A stretch of DNA of 64,000 nucleotides from Eledone cirrhosa (taxonomy: Eukaryota): positions 159,836,001 to 159,900,000 of the forward strand of contig OZ024740.1 of assembly GCA_964016885.1 (NCBI GenBank), written 5' to 3'. Position 1 is the stretch's first letter. The number at the start of each line of letters is the position of its first letter. Of this stretch, positions 40,624 through 53,928 are shown piece by piece. Both the position numbers and the translations under genes were made by a program. The notes under the pieces are model-generated. The model was not told the DNA's origin. It worked only from the letters and a program-made list of their open reading frames with translations, and searched no databases.

Positions 40624-43600
40624 TCTCTTCTGTGAGGTTCAGCATTTCTAGATCACCTCAGCATTTCTAGAACCACTTTTGCCTCGATTCTTCTTAGTAT
40701 TCATCCACTGCAGCATCCTTTCACTGGCATCTGCTGATATTTATTCACTTTTCATACACATTACATGTCCATACTACACAGTCTTCTCTCTTTCACACTA
40801 CATCTTATATCTCATATATGCAGCTTTTCTCTCAGTTCATCCATTCTATGTCGTTCATGAATACAGTCATTACACATCCAATGGAGTATGTTTGCTTCAT
40901 TTCTCTCCAACTTCCATATATTCTCTGCATTTACTGACCATGTCTTACTGCTATGCAGCACCACACTTCTTACGAGGGCATAATACAATCTACTCTTTGC
41001 CTACAGAGAAAATCTTTTTGTTTTCATAAAGGTAGTAGGTAAAAAGAAAAAGGAAAAGATCTAAGGTGTTACTTGAAGGAGACATTGCAACTATTTCAAG
41101 TAATTCATGTGAGCTTGTAGCACAGTGGTTCTCAAATATTTAAAAATATAATTTAGTGGCTTCTTCACAATACACATTATAATCTAATGAAGTGATTCTG
41201 AATGTAGTGTACATGCTCCATGGGAGAACAATTTAAACATTTGGGGAAAGGGATAAATTTCTAAATGTCATGTTATATATTTTCAACAATAAACATGGCT
41301 TTATACTGAGGGAGGCATCAGTTTTTGAAGTGCTGTGGTGAAAGCATGCATCAAAACAGTTAAAAACCACTAGTCTATCAGCTTTCTTTATTTTGAAATA
41401 TTAAATGTCCACTTGGTATAGGTAGATATCATGTTTTGTGTCCAATTGGCAGAGACAAAAGGACTAGTGTATTTGTTCTAACTCTCTGCACAATTAATTG
41501 AAATCCCAGCTAAGTCAACTTCTTGCTTCAACTATTCAGATCACTAAAATAACATACCAGTACAGGCAAATATTTAAGTAGAATGATTATAGCATTGCAT
41601 GATATTCCTTATAGTATTTGTTCTGGTACTTTACATTCCATATGCAAATACTGCCGTGGCTTGCTTAGGTGGTAGTTTTAACCCATCAGCCACTTTAACA
41701 CCTGATCATTGGATGCCTTTAGCAGAGTCCACTCTGTTGCAAGCATTTGGACCAGGTTTCCAATTTGAGGATACCCAATCTACCTACACTCTCAAAAAAC
41801 AGTAAAAAGAGAGAATAAGGAAATAAATATATCAACCATTGAAATGAAACTGCCATTCACCCAGGGTATCAAGATGTCATGTTTCCTATCCACATATTCT
41901 ATAAATTGAAGAAATATAACCACTGCTTACCTGGCATAGATAACTGATTTTGCCAAAAAATTATGTTAATCAAAGAAACGAAACAGCAATCCACCCAGGG
42001 TTGATAGATGCTATATTTTATACCTCAAAATTATATATATTAACAAAAACCACTAACAAGTAGAGAAAGTTATAAGGTTGTACATTACTTTAGTAAAGTT
42101 GTTGAAGGTAGAAGTTGATGGGAGTTATGATTTATTTAAGTAGGGTGATAGAAGGGAAATTTTTTCAATCAAATATATACATTAAAATCATTACAATAAG
42201 ATTGAAGAAATAAAACCATAGGTTGATGTCATGGTTTGTTTCTAGAAATAATATATAAATTGATGAAATAAAACTATTCAAGGTAATTTTTTATATCCAA
42301 GAATTAAAAAGAAAAAATGATGAAATGAAACCGATGTCTGAATTGTGTAGGAGAAGGCAAAATTCAATATATATCTCAATATCAGTTAAAGCTGACAAGA
42401 AATTCTTTTGTTTTCGGTGGCATACCTACACTTATACCATTGTTTCTTCCCTTTTCTTTTATTCTTTCATTATGTCTTCATTTCATCCAAGGAGTATGAC
42501 CAAGAAAATGGGACTAGGCTTTACAAATAAGATTTATGTATTCATAAATCAGAAGAAAGATTAGTCTTCAGAATCTTTTTCTTCTCAGACCAAGTGATTT
42601 TTCTTGAAAAACTATATAAATAAAGTTAATTAAATAAATAAGATAAAATAAATAAAAGGTGAAAAGAAAATGCAAACAACTCAAACAAGAAAGAGCATAA
42701 ACATAGGAAAATATGCAATTCATGAGTTTCTGAAGACATCAAGCGCACCTGCCAAAAATAAATTTAATGATTGATTGTTTTTTCTTTTTGTCAGTTAAAA
42801 GAAACATTTAAAATTTATTCAAAACTTCTTATTTCTGTGTCAGAAAACCACTGCCAAGGAAAAAACCCCATCAAATGGTAAAAGTTACCTACCATTACTT
42901 AATATGAAATATATATATATAACAAAGGAATTGTGGTAAGGAACCAAATGGACCCTAACGCACCAAAGTACTAAATACTTAGGGTAGTAGAGTGGGAAAT
43001 AGGAAAAAGTATGACCCCGACAGCTATTTCTGGACCCCATATATATATATATATATATGAAATATATATATATATATATATATTTAGTAAGTAAGTTGAT
43101 TTTTAATTTTTAAAATTTTCTTATTTTACGTCTTTCATATAATTGTTCTGCATTCACCTGCATAGAACCATATAGGTACTAAGACATAACTTATATATTT
43201 GCTAGCATGAGTGTATATCTGTACACATATGTTGGTAGATGTACTAATTCTCTATATTTATCTCCAAATTATTTGTTGAGCAAAACTGGCCAAAATTTAC
43301 TGCTGTTTCATGGTAGTAGTAGGCTCTTGTCATAATACCACCCCACTCCTAACTGATTAACCTCGGTGTCACGTGATTGATTCTTTAGAATCTGCCACTG
43401 ACCAGAGGCAGTGAAATTTTTTCAGTGCTCCGGAATTTAGTCCTAGCTAGCTTCTTTCCATCTACTGAATTATTATTTTTATATGGGTTCCTAGTGTCCG
43501 CGCATTGCCTGGGAACTTAGCTGAGAATAGACTCCCTGATGACGTAATGAATTCTCTATAGTTATATATATTATGTAACTATATTTATCCCATTACAGAA

Positions 43601-43727
43601 ACTAATCTTAAAGAATTCTAGTAATAATCAGGAACTGATTTGACAGAGCGGTTGCTGGTCAAGCAGAAATTGAAAATTAGAATTGGTGCTCTGAAATAGC
43701 GATATATAAGAATGTATATATATATAT

Positions 43728-43819
<92 letters not shown>

Positions 43820-43890
43820 GTATACACACACACACACACACACGCACACGCGCACACACACATACATACATACATACATACATACATACT

Positions 43891-43945
<55 letters not shown>

Positions 43946-43996
43946 GTATATATACATATATATATATATTTACACATATATCATATATATATATAC

Positions 43997-44047
<51 letters not shown>

Positions 44048-44171
44048 TATACACACATATATATATATACACACATATATATATATATACACACATATAT
44101 ATATACAGACACATATATATGTATATATATATATATATATACACACACATATATATATATATATATACACA

Positions 44172-44545
44172 CATCATCATCATCGTTTCCACGCTTGCAT
44201 GGGTTTAGACAGGAGTTTTCCCACTTGAGGCAAGAGTGGTTGTATATCCTCTGCACACAATGCCCAGGTCTCACTGCCATGTAGCATTGCTGTTCGTATG
44301 CAGGCATCATACAGCCTGCCATTCATTTTTAGAGAGAACCCTTTAGCGGCTAATAGTGGTATAAGTTCTCTGAATTTTTCCATCCCGTTCTGACTCTAGC
44401 TACTGTACTTTCAGAGCACCCTCCCTCACTGCTGATTTTGTCACCCAGGTAACGGAAGCTGTCCACTATTTCCATAGAACCATCAGTGCAATGGAATGAG
44501 TTAGTATTCCCTGGGCACTTGCTGCTACTTATTGCACCAGAGCAA
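44172..44545 (-). mobile_element. RTE family 1 fragment with internal deletion
   Basis: VDSFRYLGD...[15 protein letters not shown]...[12 protein letters not shown] is joined directly to the distal 3'UTR. Confidence 0.9.
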
Positions 44546-44571
44546 TACATATATATATATATATATATATA

Positions 44572-47135
44572 TCATCATCATCATCATCATCGTTTAACGT
44601 CCATGTTCCACGCTTGCATGGGTTTGGACGGGGGTAGTCCCACTTGAGACAAGAGTGGTTGTCTAGCTCGCATAGGACTGTCTGGTGGGTTTTCTACAGT
44701 TGGATGCCCTTCCTAACACCAACCACATTTACAGTGTGGGTCTGGCAGGTTTTTACCGTGTTGCCTACACGGCCACATTACAGCGTGGACTGTGTTTATT
44801 TGTCGTGACACCTACACGATCTCATTTGTTTTGGTCTGGATGATGTGGCACCAACATAACTTTACATTGAAAGGAGCGGCGCGGATGGGGTGGGTGTGGT
44901 GGGACGGGGTGTATTTTGTTAGAGATGCCTACTGACTGTAGTAGGTTTTACTTTGTATTTAGGTAAGGCGGGTCTTCTCTATTACTGAGTACCGCCAAAG
45001 ATCTCGGTCCAGTGACATTGTCTTGGAGAGGTGTAAGTGTGTGAGGTCGGAATTTATCAAGTCGTCCCAGGTTTTTCTGGGTCTGCCTGGGGCTACCGTC
45101 TATTTTTATTGCCCTGCACATTTTTATACAGCTGTCGTCTTTCATGCGCATCACGTGACCATACCAATGTAGTCTTCTCTCGAGTAAACAACATCTGATC
45201 CCTCTTATTTCTAATTTTTCCCTTAGTTCGTTTATGCTTTGCCATTCACGTATATTACTATTACACATCCAGCGGAGCATCCAAGCTTCGTTCCTCTCCA
45301 GTCTGCGTATATCCTCTGCACACAATGCCCAGGTCTCACTGCCATGTAACATTGCTGTTCGTATGCAGGCATAATACAGCCTCCCTTTCATTTATAGAGA
45401 GAACCCTTTAGCGGCTAATAGTGGTAAAAGCTCTCTGAAGTTTTTCCATCCAGTTCTGACTCTAACTACTATACTTTCAGAGCACCCTCCACCACTGCTG
45501 ATTTTGTCACCAAAGTAACGGAAGGTGTCCACGATTTCTATAGAACCATCTATGCAATGGAATGAGCTAGTATTCTGTGGGCACTTGCTGCTACTTATTG
45601 CACCAGAGCACCAGCCACATATAAAATCTATATTCTTAGTTAGCTTACCTGTGATCCCACTACATCTTTTATGCACCCATACTTTGCATAAAATGGAGTT
45701 TCTACCTACTCCTTTCCTACACACTGAGCATGGCCATTTCCCGGATGGGACCCGTGCCCTATTTTCCTTCCTACAAACTAGAACTTTAGTCTTAGACAGG
45801 TTAATTTTAAGGCCTTTTGATTCTAGGCCATGCTTCCATGTTTTGAATTTCTTCTCTAGTTCAGCCATTGATTCAGCTATGAGCGTTAGATCATCTGCGT
45901 ATAGGAGTTCCCATGGGCAGCCGGTCTTGAACTCCACTGTTATAGCCTGAAGGGCAATAATAAATAGTAGGGGGCTAAGAACGGAGCCCTGATGAACACC
46001 AACTTTTACGCTAAACTCATCACTATATTCGTTGTTAATTCTAACCTTGCTGACTGTTTCTTTATACATGGCTTGTATAGCTCTCACAAGCCATTCATCA
46101 ACACCTAGTTTTCTAAAAGCCCACCAGATAATGGAACGGGGGACTCTGTCAAAGGCTTTCTCCAAGTCGACAAAAGCTAAGTATAGGGGTTTACTTTTAG
46201 CTAGGTACTTCTCCTGTAGTTGTTGTACAATGTAAAGTGCGTCTGTGATACTTTTACCTGACACAAACCCAAACTGCATTTCATCTAGATCAATTCTCTC
46301 TCTGATTAGTTGCGCTATTACTTTTTCTGTGACCTTCATGACCTGGTCAATTAATTTAATGCCTCTATAGTTATCCCTATCTAGGGCATCTCCTTTACTC
46401 TTGTAGCAGGTAATGATGATGCTGCTACGCCAGTCCTTCGGAACAATCCCATTATGTATGACTTGGTTGACTATCCGTGTGACCATAGTGTGTCCCACCC
46501 TTCAGAAGCTTTCAGCATTTCAGCAACTATTTCTGAAGGCCCAGCCGCCTTACCCGTCTTCATATCTTTGATTGCCTTACTTATTATACTACCTTTGACT
46601 AACACTGCTAGTCCCTCTATTGGATCGATGTGGGGGAGACTGTCTTTCTCCCATTTATTCTCCTCATTTAGTAGCCTTTCGTAGTGACACTTCCAAGCTA
46701 CCTTCTTATTAGCGTCAGTGATGGCAAGTACAGCATCATCGTTAAGGACACACTTCTCCCCGACAATATCACGGTTTTCCTTGACACATTGCCTTGCAAT
46801 CCTGAACATCTCACGTTTTTGGTCCTCGCGTTGTAGAACATGCTTGAACTTTCTTTCCTCTGCTTCCCTTCTTGCGAAGTACACTTGTCTCCTAGCTTCC
46901 CTCCTGGCCACTTGATAGTCTTCTCTACTTCCCCCATTCCGCGATACTTTCCAAGCTTTTTGGCCTTAATTGACTCCTCCACCTTACTGTTCCACCACAA
47001 CATTACTCTCCTACTGCCTATAGTCCTGCTCCAGCCACAGACTACCTCTGCCGCCATCAGCCGGTATGCTTTCAGGAATTCCCACTGTTCTATATTGCTC
47101 TTCCTTACTGTCGAAAGCATCAAGTAATATGCTTT
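44572..47135 (-). mobile_element. RTE LINE family 1, 5'-truncated (RT, Cys/His finger, C-terminus, 3'UTR)
   Basis: NYRGIKL, QFGF, FVDLEKAFDRV, GVHQGSVLSP, YADD, HGSETW, WYGHVMR; (GAT)n tail. Confidence 0.95.
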
Positions 47136-47188
47136 TAAATTTATTTATATATATATATATATATACACACACATATACATATATACAT

Positions 47189-47348
<160 letters not shown>

Positions 47349-47578
47349 TACATTCATTTAAATTATTGACGTATTGTTTTATTGATATTTTTTATCTGTT
47401 TGTCCCGAATCTTCCTTTATCGATTTTTTATCGTATGGTTGATTGTAGACTTGTTCTATATGTGACGGTATTTTAACGATAGTTATAGCTCTGATTCATC
47501 TGAATTATTGAGCCCTCTGCCGCTCATTTCGAATCTTGTTTATCGTGAACTCGTGCGCCGATTTTTCGATACTCGATC

Positions 47579-47651
<73 letters not shown>

Positions 47652-47661
47652 TATATATATA

Positions 47662-47955
47662 TATCATCATCATCGTCATTTTACATCCGCTTCTCCCTGC
47701 TTGCAAGGGTGGGATGGGAACTGATTCTGGCTAGATTTCTACAGCTGGATGCCCTTCCTAACACCAACCTCATTTACAGTCAGTGCTGGGTGCTTTTTTA
47801 CCGTGGCACCTCCACGACTACTTTACAGTGGAATGATATGGAACCCATTCCCTATCATCTCATTTCTACAGCTGAGTAAACTGGAGCAATGTGAAATAAA
47901 GTGTCTTGCTCAAGGAAACAACACATCACCCTCTCTGAGAATTGAACTCACAGCA
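47662..47955 (-). mobile_element. SINE family B (head truncated)
   Basis: Matches 245-520. Confidence 0.85.
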
Positions 47956-48273
47956 AATAATCCTGAAATCTGAAGTCTTCACCTTAATATTATAAATTAA
48001 ATATTTTCAAATCTAACCGTTTAACTTTCGAACCCCTCCCCCCCATACTTTATGTTTCCCTCCTTATAAATCTTTTACCAGTGGCTATCACTGGCTGTTA
48101 TGATTCATGAGACGTTTTCCTAGATATATTGTAGTATCATATATTTTAAAAACTTTTAGAACACTTATTTATTAGGTTTAAGCACTTTCACATAAATAGG
48201 ATATCAGCAAAATCTTCTATCGGGTTAATCAATACCTTGATTAACATCTCGGGGTATGTCATGCATCATTATA

Positions 48274-48316
48274 TTTTGTTTGATGAGGACGTACATCGGA
48301 AATATGTATAATGAAA
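48274..48316 (+). ncRNA. Degenerate hammerhead related to 16670-16730
   Basis: TTTTGT-TTGATGA-GGAcgtacaTCG-GAA-ATATGTAT-A-ATGAAA. Same stems I and III, short imperfect stem II. Confidence 0.5.
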
Positions 48317-48410
48317 TGTAATTGATCAAAAGAACATCTATTTTATTAATATTTATATTTTAATATATATATATATATGTATATATAAACGTATATATAT
48401 ATATATATAT

Positions 48411-48520
48411 ATATATCATAAATCATGTCCTAAGAATTATTAGATAAAATATATACCATTTCCTCTTCCAAATGGTATATATTTTATCTAATAATTCTAA
48501 GGACATGATTTATGATATAT
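48411..48520. repeat. Fold-back, 51-bp arms and 8-nt loop, next to (TA)n
   Basis: One mismatch between arms. Confidence 0.9.
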
Positions 48521-48610
48521 TGCTCTGATTATTTAATTTATTAATTCTTCATAGAGCCTAAAAGTTACTGGTTGCGGCATATATATCTATAACTTTATGT
48601 ATATGTAAAC

Positions 48611-48672
<62 letters not shown>

Positions 48673-48673
48673 G

Positions 48674-48704
<31 letters not shown>

Positions 48705-48827
48705 GTATATATATGTATGTATCTATATATGTATGTATGTATATATATATGTATATATATATATGTATATGTATATGTATGTATGTATATATATATATGT
48801 ATATATATATGTATATATATATATATG

Positions 48828-48874
<47 letters not shown>

Positions 48875-48875
48875 G

Positions 48876-48926
<51 letters not shown>

Positions 48927-48949
48927 GTATATATATATGTATGTATGTG

Positions 48950-49004
<55 letters not shown>

Positions 49005-49009
49005 GTAAA

Positions 49010-49420
49010 TATGATAATAATGGAGCTGCGGCGTTGCAAATGGGTTACATATGAAAAAGTAAGTCCTTCATCAGTGGCCTGCCAACCGTCCTAGGCATTT
49101 CATCACTTTAAAGGCCATATACCTCAGGTTGGTGTGAACAACGGCTAAAAAAAGTCGTTGGGACATGTAAATAAAGGGGACGCTAGGGTGAACAAACAAA
49201 ATGGTTTAAGCAACGGAAAGTGAGAAGAAAGAGACAAGTCCCAGATTTCTATGAATATAAACTCGGTGAAATCGTGAACGAGAGACAAAAGACCATCAAA
49301 CTTGCTTGAAATGTGAGCAAGGAAGGAATTTTGCACAGGTCTAACGGGAGGAAGAGGGGTCTGGTCTGCGAATTCGGTAAACATAAGTTCTGTGAAGTCG
49401 CAGACGAGAGAGAGAGAATG

Positions 49421-49471
<51 letters not shown>

Positions 49472-52336
49472 TCAGGTTATCAATAATGTAGTGATAATAT
49501 ATCGTTACGTTAGAGATAAACAGTGTACGTGCAGGTTTGCTCAACGAGTATAAATTATATTCCGGAGAAAATGTAGAAAGGATGAATATAAAATGAAAGT
49601 GCTTTTTTTAAAAAGGAATTTATTAGGTATTGACATATGTTTCTGTAACAGACGGAATGCCTATGTATCGCTGCTTGCGTAATCATATAATGTTAGCAAG
49701 TATTCGATAGCAAATGTATAATCAGTTGTCACTTCTTCAGAGATTTTGGATAAATTGGATAAAATCAGAAAAATTGAAGTATTTATATTAGTAATAGAGG
49801 AAGAAACAGAGGGGATAGTATATGACAGATGGTAAATTAATTTACTGCTAAACAAGTATATAATGGGTTTCTAATGAGAATACCATGAGTAAATCTAAAT
49901 AAGAATTTTGGGAGTGCCAATTTTAATCTCTACTTGACCAACTGGACAGTGGACAGGGCTGGTCATTTGGTGCAGTAGTATTAATTATAAAGTGTCAATT
50001 GGGGAAGGGGGAGATTCCGATTGCTACTAAATAACATCAATGCTAGTAGCCAGCTGGTATATGCATTAGGGAATTGAATCAAGAAATCAGAAATCTCATT
50101 TTATCTATAGCAGTTTGTATTAAAAGGTAAATAATAGAAGAGTTGATAGAATTAAGACTAATAAAGAATGTTAATATCTACTTTGACAATCAAACGGGGA
50201 TAGAGACAGGCGTTCAATCCTGGTAGTATTTATAATATGAAAATGTAGATTTTAAGCGATGGTTACAGTATAACGATCGCTCTATTCTGTTATTTAATAA
50301 AATGTTTTTGGATTTCATAATACAAAATAATTCTACATTACATAATTTACAAAATTCCTGTCCATGGGGCTATGGGGGGCAGTCACTATTATATCCCATT
50401 TTAGGTGAAAGTGTTGGTTATTTTCACGCAGCTGCCAAGCCTTGTCTGCGAGTGTTGTTACATAACGCTGGTTTTCATGTTTTATCGAGTAACGATGTCT
50501 ATAAAGGCGTGATTTGAAGGAGGTGGCTGTAGATCCCACATAGTACTACTTCTGTCTATCCAATTCGATAGTACATTTGTATACGATGTTGCGTTCAAGA
50601 CACTGATTGTTCAACGGACACATTCCTGGTTGGACACAGTTGCAATTATAATTTTGCGTTGTTGTATTGCCATGGATGGGTTGATGAGGTTGCTTATGTA
50701 GGACAGGATGTTGTTTGTTGTTTTGTGATGTTATAGCTAATGTTTTACGTGTATTGTTATGTGTTGGAAGGCGTTTATACAACCGTTTTGCGTTAAGCTT
50801 TTTTATATGTTGTTCAATATTAGGGGCGGTTGAATATGAAAGTCGAATAGTGTTAGGGTCTAAGATTTTATTATATTTATGTGATGTTGGAAAGTGTTTT
50901 TTAACTAATCGAAAGAATTTTGAGGGTAGATTGGTTTTAATAGAGTTGTTATAGACCGGGTTGTACCAAATATACTCCTTACATCGCCTTCTGTTTGGTG
51001 GTGTGCGACTATTATTGTGTCTATTGCGGTAGTGTATGTATGGTGGTAATTCTGTGCTATTTCTACTCCTATGGGATTTATTTTGGGTGTTTTGGTGATC
51101 TTTGACTATATACTCTATATTATCTAGGTGACCGGCTTTCTTAAGTGCATCATCATAATATTCGGCATGTTCTTTGAAGGTTTGTTGGTTGGACGACAGG
51201 CGGGAGATTCTAAGAGAAACATTTCTAGGGATGGATTTAATTATAGAGAGTGGATGGTTAGAACTCGTATTTACATATTTAAGGTTCTCATTTAGTTTAT
51301 GGAACGGTTTAATCGTATCTGTATTGAGATTCAAAGTAACATCAAGGAAATTGACCTCTTTGAGGTTATATTCAAATGTAATATTTAATCCTAGTTCCTT
51401 AAAAAGCTTTCTGATATTTTTACGCATCCTTTCTAAATTCTGGTTATTCATATGCTTAACTAATAGGAGCGCATCGTCACGGTAGATTCCACCGTGGAGA
51501 TCCTTGAATTTTCCTTGTAATCTGTGGGTGATATAAATTCCCACAAGATCTGTTACTTCCGCCGAATCATTAGAACCCATAGTGATATCAAAATTAGAAG
51601 GTCTATCTTTGCGAACCCAGTAGCTATCATCGAATTTAACTATAGTTTTCCTCGCTTCCATAATAATTTTAATTTCAGCATCCGTAAGGTCGGAATTATC
51701 CTTAGCGAACGAAAGAGCTTCATGTAGAGTATCAGGTGAAATTGAGGAATAATATTCATCAATATCAAACTGAATAAATTTTGATTTTTTCTTATCAGTA
51801 ATGTTATTAAACCATCTTATTGCTTCATGAGTGTTACCCCATAGTTTAATCTCTACTTTAACCTTAACTTGGGGGATAATTCTGTCTAGTATATATTTGC
51901 TAATTTTGCCTATATCAGATTTAGAGGGGCATATAAGTCTAATATTAGGGTTAGTATCGAAGTTTACCTTGTGGTCCTTCAGGTTGAAGGATGGTATAGC
52001 TGGTGTTAAGGGTTGCGTTCTATCGTCAATACAAAGTTTAGCAGTAAATTAATTTACCAAAGTTTAGCAGTAAATTAATTTACCATCTGTCATATACTAT
52101 CCCCCCTGTTTCTTCCTCTATTACTAATATAAATACTTCAATTTTTCTGATTTTATCCAATTTATCCAAAATCTCTGAAGAAGTGACAACTGATCATACA
52201 TTTGCTATCGAATACTTGCTAACATTATATGATTACGCAAGCAGCGATACATAGGTATTCCGTCTGTTACAGAAACATATGTCAATACCTAATAAATTCC
52301 TTTTTAAAAAAAGCACTTTCATTTTATATTCATCCT

Positions 52337-52340
<4 letters not shown>
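49010..52340 (-). mobile_element. Penelope-like element (RT plus C-terminal GIY-YIG; possibly Hydra clade) with inverted 5' pseudo-LTR
   Basis: Frame open from about 52050: IQFDIDEYYSSI, FDITMGSNDSAEVTDLVG, GIYRDDAL, VNFLDVTL, CPLNNQC..NIVYKC...YVGST. 52055-52340 inverts about 49575-49852. Confidence 0.92.
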
Positions 52341-52399
<59 letters not shown>

Positions 52400-52404
<5 letters not shown>

Positions 52405-53397
52405 CTATCTATTTATGGCGGATAAAATTCCCGAGATCCATGGACGAGTTCTCTTCAGCAGTCTCTGTCCCTCATTATCGCTGCCATGTCCTGCGTCTCC
52501 AACAGACCAGTGTCTGTCATTAGGGCATCAACATACGTTAACCTTGGTCTTCCTCTTCTAGTGTGTCCATGTAGGGGCTCCCAAAGGAGCACAGAGTGCA
52601 ATGTCAACTCTGGATGTCGGTGAGCATGTCCAGCTAACCTCAATCTCCCCTGTGTCACTTTTGAGCTCACTTTTGGGATGCTCCCATACAGCTCTGAGTT
52701 TTTCAACCTCAGTGTATACTGATTAATGTTCAGAGCCATCCTCAGCATTCTCGTGTAGCACCCATCCACCATCTGAGTGAGTTTCTTGGTCAGTGTCCAA
52801 GTCTCAGACCCATACAGCAGCACAGACTCCACTACAGCAATGAAGAGGCGGATTTTCAGGTCTCTACGAAGGTCCGACATCCACACTGCTCTACACCAAC
52901 ACCAAAGCCCAAGTCATTACACCTGATGGAATGACAAAGTTCTTTGAGATACTGGCTGGAGTGCTCCAGGGAGATACATTGGCTCCCTACCTTTTTATCA
53001 TCGTAGTGGACTATTGTATGCGCCTTGCACTGGAGAAACACCAGGGCTCTGGCTTACTGTAACACCGGCTCAAGCAGGGGAGTTAGGGCGAAAAAGGTAT
53101 CGGATGCAGAATTTGCCGACGACATAGTTTTTTGGTGACAAATACAGTGCAGGAGGCAGAGGATTTGATGTGAGAGGTTGAGACTGTGTCGATGAGTGTG
53201 GGACTGAGAATGAATGAGACTAAAACAAAATATCTGGTAGAGAATGTTGAGAAGCCAGAGGGGATCACTAACTAATGTAGGCGGGAAGCCGCTAGCATTG
53301 GTTGAGGGCTTCCTGTTTTGGGGAGCAAAGATTGGGAATACGGAGGATGATGTGGTTGAGAGGAAGAGCAATGCCTGGGCAGCGTGCCACAGCTTGA

Positions 53398-53400
<3 letters not shown>
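52400..53400 (-). mobile_element. RTE-type LINE with 5' inversion
   Basis: Minus 52430-52888 reads ESVLLYGSETW...LAGHAHRH. Plus 52887-53400 reads GVLQGDTLAPYLF, EFADD, AWAACHSLR. Confidence 0.9.
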
Positions 53401-53442
<42 letters not shown>

Positions 53443-53454
53443 ATATATATATGT

Positions 53455-53660
53455 ATATTGTTATACTTTGGGAGGGCCATGTTGCCAATAAGAAACACAC
53501 GCACCAGTCGCTTTCACTTCAATTCATTATAATAAATTGAAGTCAACGCAACTGGTGCGTGTGTTTCTTATTGGTAACATGACCCTCCCAAAGTATAACA
53601 ATATCGGTTTCAACACAAGATTTCAGATAAAGAATCTTGCTAAACAAATTCAGAAACGAA
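53455..53660. mobile_element. Terminal fragment of the 60895 PLE family as a fold-back
   Basis: Arms 53455-53525 and 53534-53603; matches 60895-61025. Confidence 0.85.
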
Positions 53661-53729
53661 ATATATATGTATATATATATGTATATTTATATGTATATAT
53701 ATATGTATATATATATGTATATATGTATG

Positions 53730-53760
<31 letters not shown>

Positions 53761-53897
53761 GTATGTATATATATATGTATATATATATGTATATATGTAT
53801 GTATATATATATGTATATATATATGTATATATAGATATATGTATATATATATGTATATATATTTATGTATATATATATATATGTATATATATGTGTA

Positions 53898-53925
<28 letters not shown>

Positions 53926-53928
<3 letters not shown>

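Noticed and set aside
41599-41830. Signal-peptide-like 68-aa ORF on plus and an exon-like segment on minus
   Set aside because: No recognisable homology, stops in the minus frames and no partner exons; cannot be supported without RNA-seq.
49055-49110. CTGATGA on minus near the PLE end
   Set aside because: No downstream GAAA or consistent three-stem fold found.
50546-50548. Recoded stop (selenocysteine) in PLE ORFs, as in Naiad elements
   Set aside because: The interrupting stops seen are TAG here and TAA at 20232, not TGA, and the endonuclease is C-terminal; ordinary decay is more likely.
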